From assembly GCA_037441385.1 (NCBI GenBank), contig JBBISH010000008.1, positions 1 to 64,000 on the forward strand: a DNA stretch of 64,000 nucleotides, read 5' to 3'. This stretch comes from Myxococcales bacterium. Its GTDB lineage: Bacteria > Myxococcota_A > UBA9042. This document shows positions 29,896-39,924 of this stretch, piece after piece. Made by a program: the position numbers and the translations under genes. The notes beneath the pieces are model-generated. The model ran no database searches. It was not told the DNA's origin and saw only the letters and a program-made list of their open reading frames with translations. The first letter of the stretch is position 1, and the number at the start of each line of letters is the position of its first letter.

Positions 29896-31389
29896 CTAGA
29901 ACCCCGACTTGAGCGGCACGCGGTCGACGGTGTGTGCCAATAGGTTCCAGGCGGCCAGGTAGGCCCCCTCGGCGCCCAAGCCGCAGAAGCTCGCGTCCCC
30001 GCCGATGAGGACGTTCTTGTAGCCGGTCGTGGTCGCCAGCGGGCTGGTGCCCACGGTGTGGGCGATGGCCTCGCCGTAGCCCGGCTGCAATTCACCTGGG
30101 TCGATGTCTTCGGCGCCGTCTTCGCCGCGTTGCAGCCACGGCGTGTGGCGGTGCAACAGGTGTTCGCCCAAGAAGGGCAGCGTGTCTTCGATGCGCTTTT
30201 GCAGGCGGTCCAGCAGCATGCGTGCGGCCGGCGCACCGCCCGAGGCCACGCTGATCGGCACGCGCATCGCCGCCGAAATCAGGCGCACTTCGCGATCGTC
30301 GGCGCTGGTCCCAATGTCGGCGTCGCGGGCGATGTGGATCAGGTTATCCTCTTCCAACGACTGGCTGAGATCGGCCACGGCGAACACGTGGCGCGCCATC
30401 GCCTCGGGCACGGCGCGGGCGCGCACCACGAAATTGCCCACAAAGGTGTGGCAGATCGGCTGCAGCGTGTGCAAGACGTGGTGGTACTCCTCGTTCTGCT
30501 GCTCTTGTGGGATCAGCGTTGCAAAGCGTTTGGGGTCCATGTTGCAGACCACCATGTCGCAGCTGATCACTTCGCGGCGGTCGCGCAGGACCACGCTTTG
30601 GGCCTTGCCGCGGTGCACCTGGATCGACGACACCACCGCCCGCGGCCGCACGTCGCCCGAGGTCTGGATGATCGACGAGAACAAGTCGCGCAGCGCGTTG
30701 GGGCCGCGATCAAAAACCGCGGTGCCGCGCCACAGTTCGGTGACGGCGCGCACGAAGGTAGCCGGGTAGGGCCGCGCCGGTACCATCCCTGAGACGAAGC
30801 GAAACGGCGCCTGCACAAACGCGCGGAACGGGTGGCCGTGGGCAAAGCGCGCCAGCGGATCTTCCAGCGCCCACTCGTCTTCCAGGATCGGGTATTTCTT
30901 GACCAGCGAGCGGAAGCGGAACGTCTCGACCAGACCCGTGGGCGGCAGCACCGGGCGCACCTTCAGCACTTCGTCGACCTGGCCGTCGATCTCGCTGACA
31001 CGGCGGAAGAACACGCCGATCTCCGAGTCGAGGCCGGGGAATTCGCGGCGCAGCTCGCGCTCGAGCAGGCGCGGCTCGGTGCCCACGTTGATGCGCGCCT
31101 TGGGCAGCACCACCTGGAACGAAGGCTCTAGCGGCCGTGGCAGGTTGCGCAGCTCCAGGCCCAGGCTCAGCTCGTCAAAGACCCGCCGCGCCGCCAGCGA
31201 GCTGAGTGCGTAATTCAAGTCCAGGCGCCGGCACAGCGTGTAGCCTTGGTGCTCGTACAGTGCGCCGCTGCTGCCGTGCGCCACGACCAACACGCGGTAA
31301 CCTCGCTTGGCGCAAAGCGCTCCGTAGATCAGCCCGGCGAGATCCGTGCCGATGACCACGACGCTGTAGTGGGAAGAGACCTGGCTCAC
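29896..31389 (-). CDS. Phytoene-dehydrogenase-like flavoprotein-fold protein
   Basis: VVVIGTDLAG..LCAKRGYRVLVV N-terminus; C-terminal TGYKNVLIGGDASFCGLGAEG. Confidence 0.7.
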   Translation of the reverse strand: MSQVSSHYSVVVIGTDLAGLIYGALCAKRGYRVLVVAHGSSGALYEHQGYTLCRRLDLNYALSSLAARRVFDELSLGLELRNLPRPLEPSFQVVLPKARINVGTEPRLLERELRREFPGLDSEIGVFFRRVSEIDGQVDEVLKVRPVLPPTGLVETFRFRSLVKKYPILEDEWALEDPLARFAHGHPFRAFVQAPFRFVSGMVPARPYPATFVRAVTELWRGTAVFDRGPNALRDLFSSIIQTSGDVRPRAVVSSIQVHRGKAQSVVLRDRREVISCDMVVCNMDPKRFATLIPQEQQNEEYHHVLHTLQPICHTFVGNFVVRARAVPEAMARHVFAVADLSQSLEEDNLIHIARDADIGTSADDREVRLISAAMRVPISVASGGAPAARMLLDRLQKRIEDTLPFLGEHLLHRHTPWLQRGEDGAEDIDPGELQPGYGEAIAHTVGTSPLATTTGYKNVLIGGDASFCGLGAEGAYLAAWNLLAHTVDRVPLKSGF

Positions 31390-31518
31390 GCGACCCGCAC
31401 GCCACCTCCACCACCTGGAGCGGCGGGCGCAAGCCTAGCGCAACAGGGCCTGCGGCGCCATTGCCGGGCCGGGCTTGCGCTGCCGGTGCGCCCAGGTAGG
31501 CTTTCCGCGAGGCAAGGG

Positions 31519-32925
31519 ATGCAAAGCGGACAGCGACACGCGGGGCAGGGCAGCAAGTGGGCTCCACCGCTGCTCGTCGCCGCTGTGTGGTTGGCGAGCA
31601 CGTGGGCCGCGCATCACTTGGGGTTGGCCATGCAGGTCGACCTGGGCCGCATGTGGCAGGCGCTCGATCTGGACGAGCTGCGCCGCAACCTGGGCCCGAG
31701 CTTGTGGTATCAGCACAGCCAGCCGCCGCTGTGGAACCTGTTCCTGGGGTCGCTGCTGAAGTTGGGGATCGACCCCAGCGCGCCGGTTGTCCACGGCCTG
31801 TTTGACGGGATCGGGCTGGCCATCGGTCTGCTCACCTGGCGCGTCGCGGTGGAACTGGGCGCGGATCGCGGGTGGGCCGCGTTGGCCGCAAGCCTGCTGC
31901 TCGCATCCCCAGGTTTCACTCTGACGATTCACTGGTTGTTCTACGACGGGCCGGTCACGCTGGTGGTGCTGGTACTCGTTTTGAGCCTGGCGTCCGCGGC
32001 CCACCGCCCCGACTTGCCGCGCCTGATCCTGCTGGCCCTGGCGGCGGCGGGTCTGGTCTGGCTACGAAGTGCCTTTCATCTTGCTTGGTTGCTTGGCCTG
32101 CTCGCGCTGGTGGGCGTGGACCGGTCGCTGCCACGTCGGCGCCTCCTTGGGGCGTTGGCGGCGGCGCTGGTGCTGGCAACCCTGCCGTTTGCCAAGAATG
32201 CGGTGGTGTTTGGCACATTTGCCTCCAGCTCGTGGGCGGGGATGAGCGCTCAGCGCCTGACCAAGACCATGCTCAGTGGCGCGGAGGTGCACACTCAAGT
32301 TGCTGCCAGACGGCTGGCGCCGGTGACCGCGGTGGGGCCGTTCCAGCCGCTGGAGCGCTACGGACCGGTTGCACCGGTGCCGGACCAGTTCGCGCCGATC
32401 GCCGTGCTCAGCGCTGCCCACAAAGCGAGCGGCGAGACCAACTTCAACCACTACGCCTACCTGGAGCTGTCGCGGACGATGGCGCGCGACGCGCTACGGC
32501 TGGTTTTTCGGCATCCCGGCGCCTACTTGCGTGCCCACGCCGCCGCGTGGCTGCAGTGGCTGCGCCCGGCGGCTTTGGATACCAACCTGGGCGAGGGCCG
32601 CCGTGTGCTCCGACCGTGGGTCGATGGCTGGGATCAGTATTTGCTTTTGGATGTGGGCCAGGTCTGGCTGCTGCTGGCGATCGGGGCGCTGCTGGCGCTG
32701 GCGCTGCTGGTCGATCGACTGCGGCCGACCACGGTGGCCCAGCTGCCGGCCCCGCAACGGGCGCTGTGGCGGGCCGCCGCGTGGACCACGCTGTGGATCA
32801 CTCTGCTGGGCAACGCCGTGGAGTATGGCGAAAACTATCGCTTTCGCGGCTACATCGACCCGCTGTTGCTCGCGACCTTGGCTGTGGCGGCGACCCAGTT
32901 GCGATCCCGCTTGCGCAGGCCGTGA
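31519..32925 (+). CDS. Polytopic membrane protein, probable GT-C (ArnT/PMT-like) glycosyltransferase
   Basis: HSQPPLWNLF loop, WLFYD, multiple TM helices, GENYRFR near the C-terminus; start approximate. Confidence 0.6.
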   Translation: MQSGQRHAGQGSKWAPPLLVAAVWLASTWAAHHLGLAMQVDLGRMWQALDLDELRRNLGPSLWYQHSQPPLWNLFLGSLLKLGIDPSAPVVHGLFDGIGLAIGLLTWRVAVELGADRGWAALAASLLLASPGFTLTIHWLFYDGPVTLVVLVLVLSLASAAHRPDLPRLILLALAAAGLVWLRSAFHLAWLLGLLALVGVDRSLPRRRLLGALAAALVLATLPFAKNAVVFGTFASSSWAGMSAQRLTKTMLSGAEVHTQVAARRLAPVTAVGPFQPLERYGPVAPVPDQFAPIAVLSAAHKASGETNFNHYAYLELSRTMARDALRLVFRHPGAYLRAHAAAWLQWLRPAALDTNLGEGRRVLRPWVDGWDQYLLLDVGQVWLLLAIGALLALALLVDRLRPTTVAQLPAPQRALWRAAAWTTLWITLLGNAVEYGENYRFRGYIDPLLLATLAVAATQLRSRLRRP

Positions 32926-32979
32926 AACTGCCGCACGATTCGCCCCCCGCTGCCGGTCCCTGGCAGCCGAGGTGCCGCG

Positions 32980-33858
32980 ATGGCCGAACCGAGCATGGAC
33001 CCCCTGCAGGCCGGTTTTCCGCTGCTGAACAAGCGCGCGCTGCTGACCGTCGCTGGCGTGACCGCCCTGGTGTGGGTGACCGCCGCGATAACGGGCAGCA
33101 AGATTGTCTTGATTGGCGTGGGCATTTTGACCGCCGCGTTGGCTGGTTTGCTGTTCTGGGCCTGGCGCCAGGCGCAGAAGCAGACCAAGATGATGCAGTT
33201 GCTGCAGCAGGCGCAGGGCTCACCAGAGGCGCGCAAAGCCGCGCTTGAGCAGCTTGCCGCCCAAGACCCCAAGGGCGCGGACGCCATCGGTCAGATCGCC
33301 AAGGCCCAGATCGAGGCGCAAGAGAACCCGGACAAGGCGCTGGAGACCCTGCAAGCTATTGACTTGTCTAAGGTCCCCGCCGAGGCGGCCGATCAAGTCC
33401 GCACCTTCCGCGCCCAACTGCTGCTGCTCAAGAACCGCACCCGTGAAGCCCGCGATCTGGCCGACCAGATCAACGTGCCGGCCAGCGGCCCCAAGGCGGC
33501 GCGGGCGATGATGGCCAGCGTGGTCGCCGAAGCCTACGCACGCACTGGCAAAGCCGACGCGGCGCTGACCTTGCTCGAGGAGTTCAAGCCGAGCGACCCC
33601 GAACTGGAGCAAATGAAGCCGATGCTCCTGTACGCCAGCGTGTTCGCCAACTTTGCCGCCGGCAAGAAAGAGCGCTCCAAAAAGGATATGAAGGCCTTGA
33701 TGGAGATGGACATGAACCTGCTCGGGCGCTTTGTCCAGCCCGGGCCGGGCATCCACATCGAGCTGCGCCAGATCGCCGGCGAAGTCCTGCAAGGGCACCC
33801 AGACATGCGCAAGATGGCGCGCGCCCAGCAGAACATGATGCACAAGCGTATGCGCTGA
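32980..33858 (+). CDS. Membrane-anchored TPR-like helical protein
   Basis: Two N-terminal TM helices followed by helical repeats; GAGG RBS. Confidence 0.75.
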   Translation: MAEPSMDPLQAGFPLLNKRALLTVAGVTALVWVTAAITGSKIVLIGVGILTAALAGLLFWAWRQAQKQTKMMQLLQQAQGSPEARKAALEQLAAQDPKGADAIGQIAKAQIEAQENPDKALETLQAIDLSKVPAEAADQVRTFRAQLLLLKNRTREARDLADQINVPASGPKAARAMMASVVAEAYARTGKADAALTLLEEFKPSDPELEQMKPMLLYASVFANFAAGKKERSKKDMKALMEMDMNLLGRFVQPGPGIHIELRQIAGEVLQGHPDMRKMARAQQNMMHKRMR

Positions 33859-33996
33859 CGCGAATCCCAACGGACGTGGACCCCGGCGCGGCTTCTTGCG
33901 CCCGTTTTGCGCAGGGCAAGAATCCGGCCACGCCTCCCGTGCAGGCCCCAACAACGCCGATTTTTCCGTGGCATGGGGCGAAGCCGGCGGCGGTCG

Positions 33997-35034
33997 TCAC
34001 GGCGTAAACAGGTACCACCAGGCCGGGAAGGGCAACGGGTCGCCGTCGCCGCCGATCTTCAGCTCGCCATCGGCCGCCACGCCGCTCTCGCTTACCACGC
34101 CGTGGGCGCTGCCAAACGCGCCCAGGCCGGCCACGGGCGACCAGCTGGTCCCCAGGCCCAGGGCAATCCAGTTGGCCGAAATCACATCGAAATCACTTGC
34201 CGTCTTGTTGGCCAGACCAAACCACTGGCTGGCGGGAGTCTGCGCCGAGCTGGCGATCCAGGCCGCTGGACCTTGGGCCGTGCTATCGGTCGGCCCTTGG
34301 AGCAGCACCGCCCGCGACACTTTGCGCACCTTGGCGATAAAGCCCGCGTGGCCGGCGCCCTCGCCATGGCCGACGATCACAATGTCTTGCCAAAGCGGCG
34401 TGCTGCCCGCCACAAAGTTGCCCCAGCCCTGGCCCGGGCGGTGCTTGGCCAGCCACTGCAGCGCCAACGCCAGGCGCTGTTCGATGCAGTTGTTGAAACC
34501 GACTTTGACTTTGTCGCTGCGGTCCTGGCCGTCCAGCACCTCGTGGCGTACGTACTCGTAGCAGGTGCTGCTTTGGCCGCACAGGCTGGCCGTGCTGGGA
34601 TTGGCGGGGTAGGCCAGGCCCAAGACGCGGTGGCCACGCTGCGCAGCGGTCCACAGGATCTTGCTGTAGTCCTTGGGTTGCATGCCGGTGTCGGGCAGCA
34701 GCACCACCAACTCGCCGCTGCTGGGCACCTGGGCATCAAAGATGGCCAGATGGTCGCCAAACTCGCCGCTCACGCCGGTTTGGGTATTGGTGGCCGGCAC
34801 AAAGCTGTCCACCGCGTCCGAATTGGGGGCTGCCGCTGTGTCTTCTGCGGATCCGGCCATGTCCCCAGTGGCTGTGTCGGCCCCGGTGGTTCCGCTGTCG
34901 GCCGTAAGCGAGGTGGCCGAACTCGTGCCCGGCGTGGGCACAGGGTTGACGACGCAGCCGCCTTGGCCCAGGAGCAGGAGCACCATGAGCCAAAATGCCG
35001 CGCAGGTTGGGCGGCGTGCGAGCGGTGCGATCAT
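33997..35034 (-). CDS. Alpha/beta-hydrolase-fold lipoprotein (BPSS1187-like), nucleophile Ser absent
   Basis: GGC-VVNPVPTP lipoprotein start; RGHRVLGLAYP, VGHGEGAGHA, WWYLF; start approximate. Confidence 0.7.
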   Translation of the reverse strand: MIAPLARRPTCAAFWLMVLLLLGQGGCVVNPVPTPGTSSATSLTADSGTTGADTATGDMAGSAEDTAAAPNSDAVDSFVPATNTQTGVSGEFGDHLAIFDAQVPSSGELVVLLPDTGMQPKDYSKILWTAAQRGHRVLGLAYPANPSTASLCGQSSTCYEYVRHEVLDGQDRSDKVKVGFNNCIEQRLALALQWLAKHRPGQGWGNFVAGSTPLWQDIVIVGHGEGAGHAGFIAKVRKVSRAVLLQGPTDSTAQGPAAWIASSAQTPASQWFGLANKTASDFDVISANWIALGLGTSWSPVAGLGAFGSAHGVVSESGVAADGELKIGGDGDPLPFPAWWYLFTP

Positions 35035-36938
35035 GGCGAATCCCCTGCGGCTGACTCAGCAACCTCTGCCGATTCTGCCAGTTTCACCCCCAGGTCGCCA
35101 GTTGACTGGGTTGCCGGCAGACCTGCCTTGGCATCGCTCACCCGGTGGATCTGCGAGCGACGGCGGTCGCCAAACAGGGCCCCCGGCGGCCGGCGCGGCA
35201 GTTCGACGACAAACCGCGCACCCCCCAAGCTGGGGCTACGCTCGACCCGCACGCGTCCGTCGTGGGCTTTGACGTGGCGCGCCACCGTGGCCAAGCCAAG
35301 GCCGGTACCCTGCGCGCCTTTGGTCGTATAGAACGGCTCGAAAATGCGGTCGTTGTCGCTGGGATCGATGCCTGGGCCGCTGTCGTCGACCGCCAGTTCC
35401 AGCCACTCGCTCTCGCTGCGCAGGCTGACCATCACGCTGCGTTGCTCCACCTCTTGCACGGCATGGGTCGCGTTGATCAGCAGGTTCCACATCACCTGCC
35501 TGATCAGCGCGGCGTCGCCGACGAGAGTCCAGTTCGCGCCTGGGCTGCTCAACGCTTGCGGCGGCGGCACCTGCACGCCCGTCGCCGCCACCGAAGGGCT
35601 TTGCACGCACGACTGCACCGTCTCGCTGGCCAGACTCAGCAAGTCCAGTTCGCCAAACTGCACAGGGCGTGGTCGGGCGAAATCCAAGAATTCGCCAATC
35701 CATTCACTCAGCTGACTGGTTTCACGCACCACGATCCCCATCAGCATGCGCTCGCTCTCGTCCAGCCCGCTGGCCGTCTGCAGCATTTGCACGGCGCCCG
35801 AGATCGACGCCAGCGGGTTGCGAATCTCGTGGGCCACCGCCGACGCCAGCGAACCCACCGTGGCCAGGCGCTCGCGCGAGCGGTGTTCCTCTTCGCGGGC
35901 CCGCACTTCGGTCACGTCGCGCAGCACCAGCACCCGCCCCCATTTCCCGCCGGGATCGCGCAGCGGTGCCACGCGCACGGCCAGCATTTGCGCCTTGCCA
36001 CCCGCGGATTTGCGGGCAATCTGCTGGGTCGAGTGAATGTTCTGCGGCTCGGGGCGCGCCAGCTCCCACTCGCCGGGCGGCCCCGCCAGGGCCTGCTCGA
36101 TCTCGGGCACGGTTGTCGCCAAGGGCCGGCCCAGCAGTTGCTGCCGCTCGAGGCGCAGGATCATCTCGGCCGCCGGATTGGCCGCCGTGACCAAACCGTT
36201 GGGTCCCACTGTGACCAACCCGTCCGGCAAGCTGGTGACCACGTCTTCGTAGTGGACGCGCAGACTTGCCAGCTCACTCCGCTGTTGCTGGGCGCGTCGG
36301 CGGGCTCGTTCCAGCTCGCGCACTAGGTGCGACGCCAGCACGGACGTGGCATAGGCGGCGGCGATCTGGAGCGCCAGGTTGCTGGCAATCTCGAACGGCG
36401 TGGGGGTCTTGACCGCAGGCAGCGCCGACAGATACGCCACGCGCAGCCGCGGCAGCTCGATCCAGCCCACCTCGTCCAGCGACATCGCCACCATACCCAC
36501 GCCGATCGCCGTGGCCGACAAGAGCGAGCCCACACGGTTCAGCAGGATCGCGGCGTTCAGCACGGCCAGCGGCAGGCCGAACAGGAACAAGCTCTGCATG
36601 CCGCCGGTGGCGTGCACCAAGAACAGCGCTAGTACCTCGTCCAGCAGAACCGAGGTCCACGTCAAGCGAACTAGAAACGAATTGTGATTGTGGCCCAACT
36701 GCGCCAGCAGCAGTAAAAGGAAACTGACGCCATAGGCCACGGCGGCCAGTTGGTAGAGCAGGGTCTCGGGCGCCGCGGTGGCCTTCTGCGGCGCCATGCC
36801 CAGGTCGACGGCCACGGCAAAGGCCAACACCCCGGTGATCACCAGCACGCGCGCCAGGGTTGTCCATTTCAGGCGGTCGACCAGCGTGTCGTCCGTCAAC
36901 GGCAAGTCGCCAACGCCGGCCTGTTCCGGATGGGCCAT
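35031..36938 (-). CDS. pilS: PilS-type sensor histidine kinase (TM + PAS + HisKA + HATPase)
   Basis: AHEIRNPL, NLLINA, DSGPG, FYTTK, GTGLGL; follows pilC. Confidence 0.88.
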   Translation of the reverse strand: MAHPEQAGVGDLPLTDDTLVDRLKWTTLARVLVITGVLAFAVAVDLGMAPQKATAAPETLLYQLAAVAYGVSFLLLLLAQLGHNHNSFLVRLTWTSVLLDEVLALFLVHATGGMQSLFLFGLPLAVLNAAILLNRVGSLLSATAIGVGMVAMSLDEVGWIELPRLRVAYLSALPAVKTPTPFEIASNLALQIAAAYATSVLASHLVRELERARRRAQQQRSELASLRVHYEDVVTSLPDGLVTVGPNGLVTAANPAAEMILRLERQQLLGRPLATTVPEIEQALAGPPGEWELARPEPQNIHSTQQIARKSAGGKAQMLAVRVAPLRDPGGKWGRVLVLRDVTEVRAREEEHRSRERLATVGSLASAVAHEIRNPLASISGAVQMLQTASGLDESERMLMGIVVRETSQLSEWIGEFLDFARPRPVQFGELDLLSLASETVQSCVQSPSVAATGVQVPPPQALSSPGANWTLVGDAALIRQVMWNLLINATHAVQEVEQRSVMVSLRSESEWLELAVDDSGPGIDPSDNDRIFEPFYTTKGAQGTGLGLATVARHVKAHDGRVRVERSPSLGGARFVVELPRRPPGALFGDRRRSQIHRVSDAKAGLPATQSTGDLGVKLAESAEVAESAAGDSP

Positions 36939-36944
36939 GGCCGC

Positions 36945-38153
36945 TTACTTCACGTTGTCGCCCATCGTGAAGATTGGCGCATAAAGGGCGATCATGATGG
37001 TACCGACGATGCCGCCCAAGATAAGCATGATGAGCGGTTCCATCATCGACGTCATGCCATCGATGGCTTCGTCCACTTCCGAGTCGTAGAAGTCGGCGAT
37101 CTTGCCCAGCATCACGTCCATGGCGCCAGTGGCCTCGCCCACCGCGATCATCTGCACCACCATCACCGGGAAGATCTGCGTCTCCATCAGCGGGCCCGTC
37201 ACGTTGCGGCCTTCCATGATCTTGTTGCGCGTGTAGTCCACGCCGCGCTCGACCACCAGGTTGCCCGAGGTCTTGCCCACGATCGCCAGCGCCTCGATGA
37301 TCGGCACACCGGCGGCCACCAACGTGCCCAAGGTGCGGGTGAACTTGGCCACCGCGCCCTTTTGCACCACGTTGCCGATGATCGGCCCGTGGAACAACAA
37401 CCAGTCGCGGACGTACGGGCCCTGCTTGGTCTTCATCGCCAGCTTGTACGCCACGACCAGCGCCGCCAGACCGGCGCCCAGAAACGGCGCCTTGGCCATA
37501 AACCCGTCCGAGATATCGACCACCGTCTGGGTGATGCCCGGCAGTTTGGCGCCCATCGACTGGAACGTGGACGCAAAGCTGGGCACCACCTTCCACAGCA
37601 GGCCCACGGTGATGAGCAGCGACACCGAGAGCACCGTCAGCGGGTACTTCATGGCGCCTTTGATCTTCTTTTGGGTCTCGGCGGCCTTTTCGATGTACTC
37701 GGCCAAGCGGTTCATGATGGTGTCCAAGATGCCGCCCATCTCGCCGGCCTGGACCAGGTTGACGTACAACTCCTCAAAAACCTTGGGATACTTCTTCAGG
37801 GCGTCCGAAAACGACGAGCCGCCTTCCACCGACGCCTTCACGCCCAGGATGGTCTTCTTCAGCTGCGGGTTGGGCTCTGAGTTGCCCACCAGATCCAGCG
37901 CCTGCACCAGCGGCAGACCCGCGTCGATCATCGTCGCCATCTGCCGGGTAAAAATCACCATGTTTTTGGTGGGTACACTGGCGCCCAGTCCCGGGATCGT
38001 GAGGTCGATCTCCAGCTGCTTGCGCTTGAGCTTGATGACGTTGACGCCTTGCTGCTTGAGCTTGGCTTTGGCATCGGCTTTGTCGGCAGCATCGACCTCA
38101 CCGCGGCGAAAATCGCCTTCGGTGCTCGTCCCTTCCCATTGCCACATCGCCAT
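36945..38153 (-). CDS. pilC: Type IV pilus inner-membrane platform protein
   Basis: FTRQMATMIDAGLP, AGEMGG, GEATG, MEPLIM. Confidence 0.95.
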   Translation of the reverse strand: MAMWQWEGTSTEGDFRRGEVDAADKADAKAKLKQQGVNVIKLKRKQLEIDLTIPGLGASVPTKNMVIFTRQMATMIDAGLPLVQALDLVGNSEPNPQLKKTILGVKASVEGGSSFSDALKKYPKVFEELYVNLVQAGEMGGILDTIMNRLAEYIEKAAETQKKIKGAMKYPLTVLSVSLLITVGLLWKVVPSFASTFQSMGAKLPGITQTVVDISDGFMAKAPFLGAGLAALVVAYKLAMKTKQGPYVRDWLLFHGPIIGNVVQKGAVAKFTRTLGTLVAAGVPIIEALAIVGKTSGNLVVERGVDYTRNKIMEGRNVTGPLMETQIFPVMVVQMIAVGEATGAMDVMLGKIADFYDSEVDEAIDGMTSMMEPLIMLILGGIVGTIMIALYAPIFTMGDNVK

Positions 38154-38184
38154 CGTGCACCCCTACTCTTTCGCCAGAAAGCCA

Positions 38185-39924
38185 CTAGTCGTTGCGGGTC
38201 ACGCGCAGCACTTCTTCCAACGTCGTCAGGCCTTGCCGCAGCTTGTTCAGCGCCGACATGCGCAACGTCTGCAGGCCGTCCTCGATGGCCACTCGCTTGA
38301 GCTCGCCGGACGAGCTGCCCTGCAACACCGCCTCGCGCAAGTTGTCGCTCATGGGCATGATCTCGTAGATGGCGACGCGGCCCTTGTACCCCGAGTCGTT
38401 GCAGGTCTTGCAGCCGACTCCCTTCATGAAACCACCCTTGTCGTAATCTTCTTCCGACATGCCGGCGTCCAGGCAGGCGCGCCGGTCGGGCGCAAAGGGC
38501 GCCTTGCACTCCGGGCAGATGCGGCGCACCAGACGCTGGGCGGCGATGAGGTTGAGCGCGGCTGTCACCATGAACGGTTCCACGCCCATGTTCAGCAGAC
38601 GCGAAATCGTCGACGGCGCGTCGTTGGTGTGCAGGGTCGACAGCACCATGTGGCCGGTGAGCGCGGCCTTGATGCCGATTTCGGCCGTCTCGAAGTCACG
38701 GATCTCGCCGACCATGAGCACATCCGGGTCTTGCCGCAAGAACGAGCGAAGCACCGAGGCGAACGTCAGGCCGATGGCGTCGTTCATCTGCACCTGGTTG
38801 ATGCCTTCCAGGTTGAATTCCACGGGATCTTCGGCGGTCGAGCAGTTCTCGCTCACCTTGTTCAGCTCGGTCAGCGCCGAGTAGAGCGTCGTGGTCTTGC
38901 CCGAACCCGTGGGCCCCGTCACCAGCACCATGCCAAACGGCTGGTGAATGGCGTGCTTGAACTTGTCCAGCTCGGTTTGGTCAAAGCCCAGCTTGGTCAT
39001 GTCGGTCTGCAGGTTGGCCTTGTCCAGCAGACGCATGACGACTTTTTCGCCAAACAGGCACGGCAGCACCGACACGCGGAAGTCGCACTCCTTGCCGTCG
39101 GCCAGCTTGAGCTTGATACGGCCGTCTTGCGGCAAGCGGCGCTCGGCGATGTCGAGCTGGCTCATGATCTTGATACGGCTGACGATCGCGTTGCGCAGCT
39201 TGAGCGGCGGCCGCATGATCTCGTGCAGCACGCCGTCCACGCGGTAGCGCACGCGGAAGGCCTTTTCGTACGACTCGATGTGGATGTCCGAGGCGCGGCG
39301 CTTGATCGCGTCGATCAGGATCAGGTTCACCAGCTTGACGACCGGCGCCTCTTCGGACGATTGCTTGAGCTCCTCGGTGTTGACGTTGTCTTCATCCGTC
39401 ATGATTTCGAGGGTTTCGCTCATCTCCTCGAAGATCTGCAGCTGATCGACCGAGCCGTACAGCTTGCCGCGGACCTTGGTGATGTCGTCTTCGGGCGCCA
39501 CCACGATCTCGACGTTCAGGCCCGTCTTGAACTTCAGGTCGTCGATCGCGTGGTAATTGCCCGGGTCGGTCAGTGCCACCACCAGCGTCGTCCCGTGCAC
39601 GGCGATCGGCAAAAGCTGGTGCCGTTCGCACAGTTCGCGCGGTACCAACCGCGTCACGTCCGGGGCAATCTCGACTTGATTCAGGTCGATCGACGGCACC
39701 TGGTACTGCCGCGACAAGAAGTCGACCATCTGCGACTTGTCGACGTAGCCCAGCGCCTGCAGCGCCGAACCCAGGTGCTTGCCGGTCTTGGCCGCTTCGG
39801 CCGCCGCGTTCTTCAGCTGTTCGACCGACACGACCCGCTCGCGCAGGAGCATGTCGCCCATGCCTTTGGCGACGGCGGGCAGGTACTGCGAAGGGCGCGT
39901 TCGGACGGGGGTATCGTCACTCAT
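38185..39924 (-). CDS. pilB: Type IV pilus assembly ATPase
   Basis: ASDIHIE, RLPQDGR, GPTGSGKTTT, RQDPD, CxxC..CxxC zinc motif, MshEN-like N-terminus. Confidence 0.96.
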   Translation of the reverse strand: MSDDTPVRTRPSQYLPAVAKGMGDMLLRERVVSVEQLKNAAAEAAKTGKHLGSALQALGYVDKSQMVDFLSRQYQVPSIDLNQVEIAPDVTRLVPRELCERHQLLPIAVHGTTLVVALTDPGNYHAIDDLKFKTGLNVEIVVAPEDDITKVRGKLYGSVDQLQIFEEMSETLEIMTDEDNVNTEELKQSSEEAPVVKLVNLILIDAIKRRASDIHIESYEKAFRVRYRVDGVLHEIMRPPLKLRNAIVSRIKIMSQLDIAERRLPQDGRIKLKLADGKECDFRVSVLPCLFGEKVVMRLLDKANLQTDMTKLGFDQTELDKFKHAIHQPFGMVLVTGPTGSGKTTTLYSALTELNKVSENCSTAEDPVEFNLEGINQVQMNDAIGLTFASVLRSFLRQDPDVLMVGEIRDFETAEIGIKAALTGHMVLSTLHTNDAPSTISRLLNMGVEPFMVTAALNLIAAQRLVRRICPECKAPFAPDRRACLDAGMSEEDYDKGGFMKGVGCKTCNDSGYKGRVAIYEIMPMSDNLREAVLQGSSSGELKRVAIEDGLQTLRMSALNKLRQGLTTLEEVLRVTRND

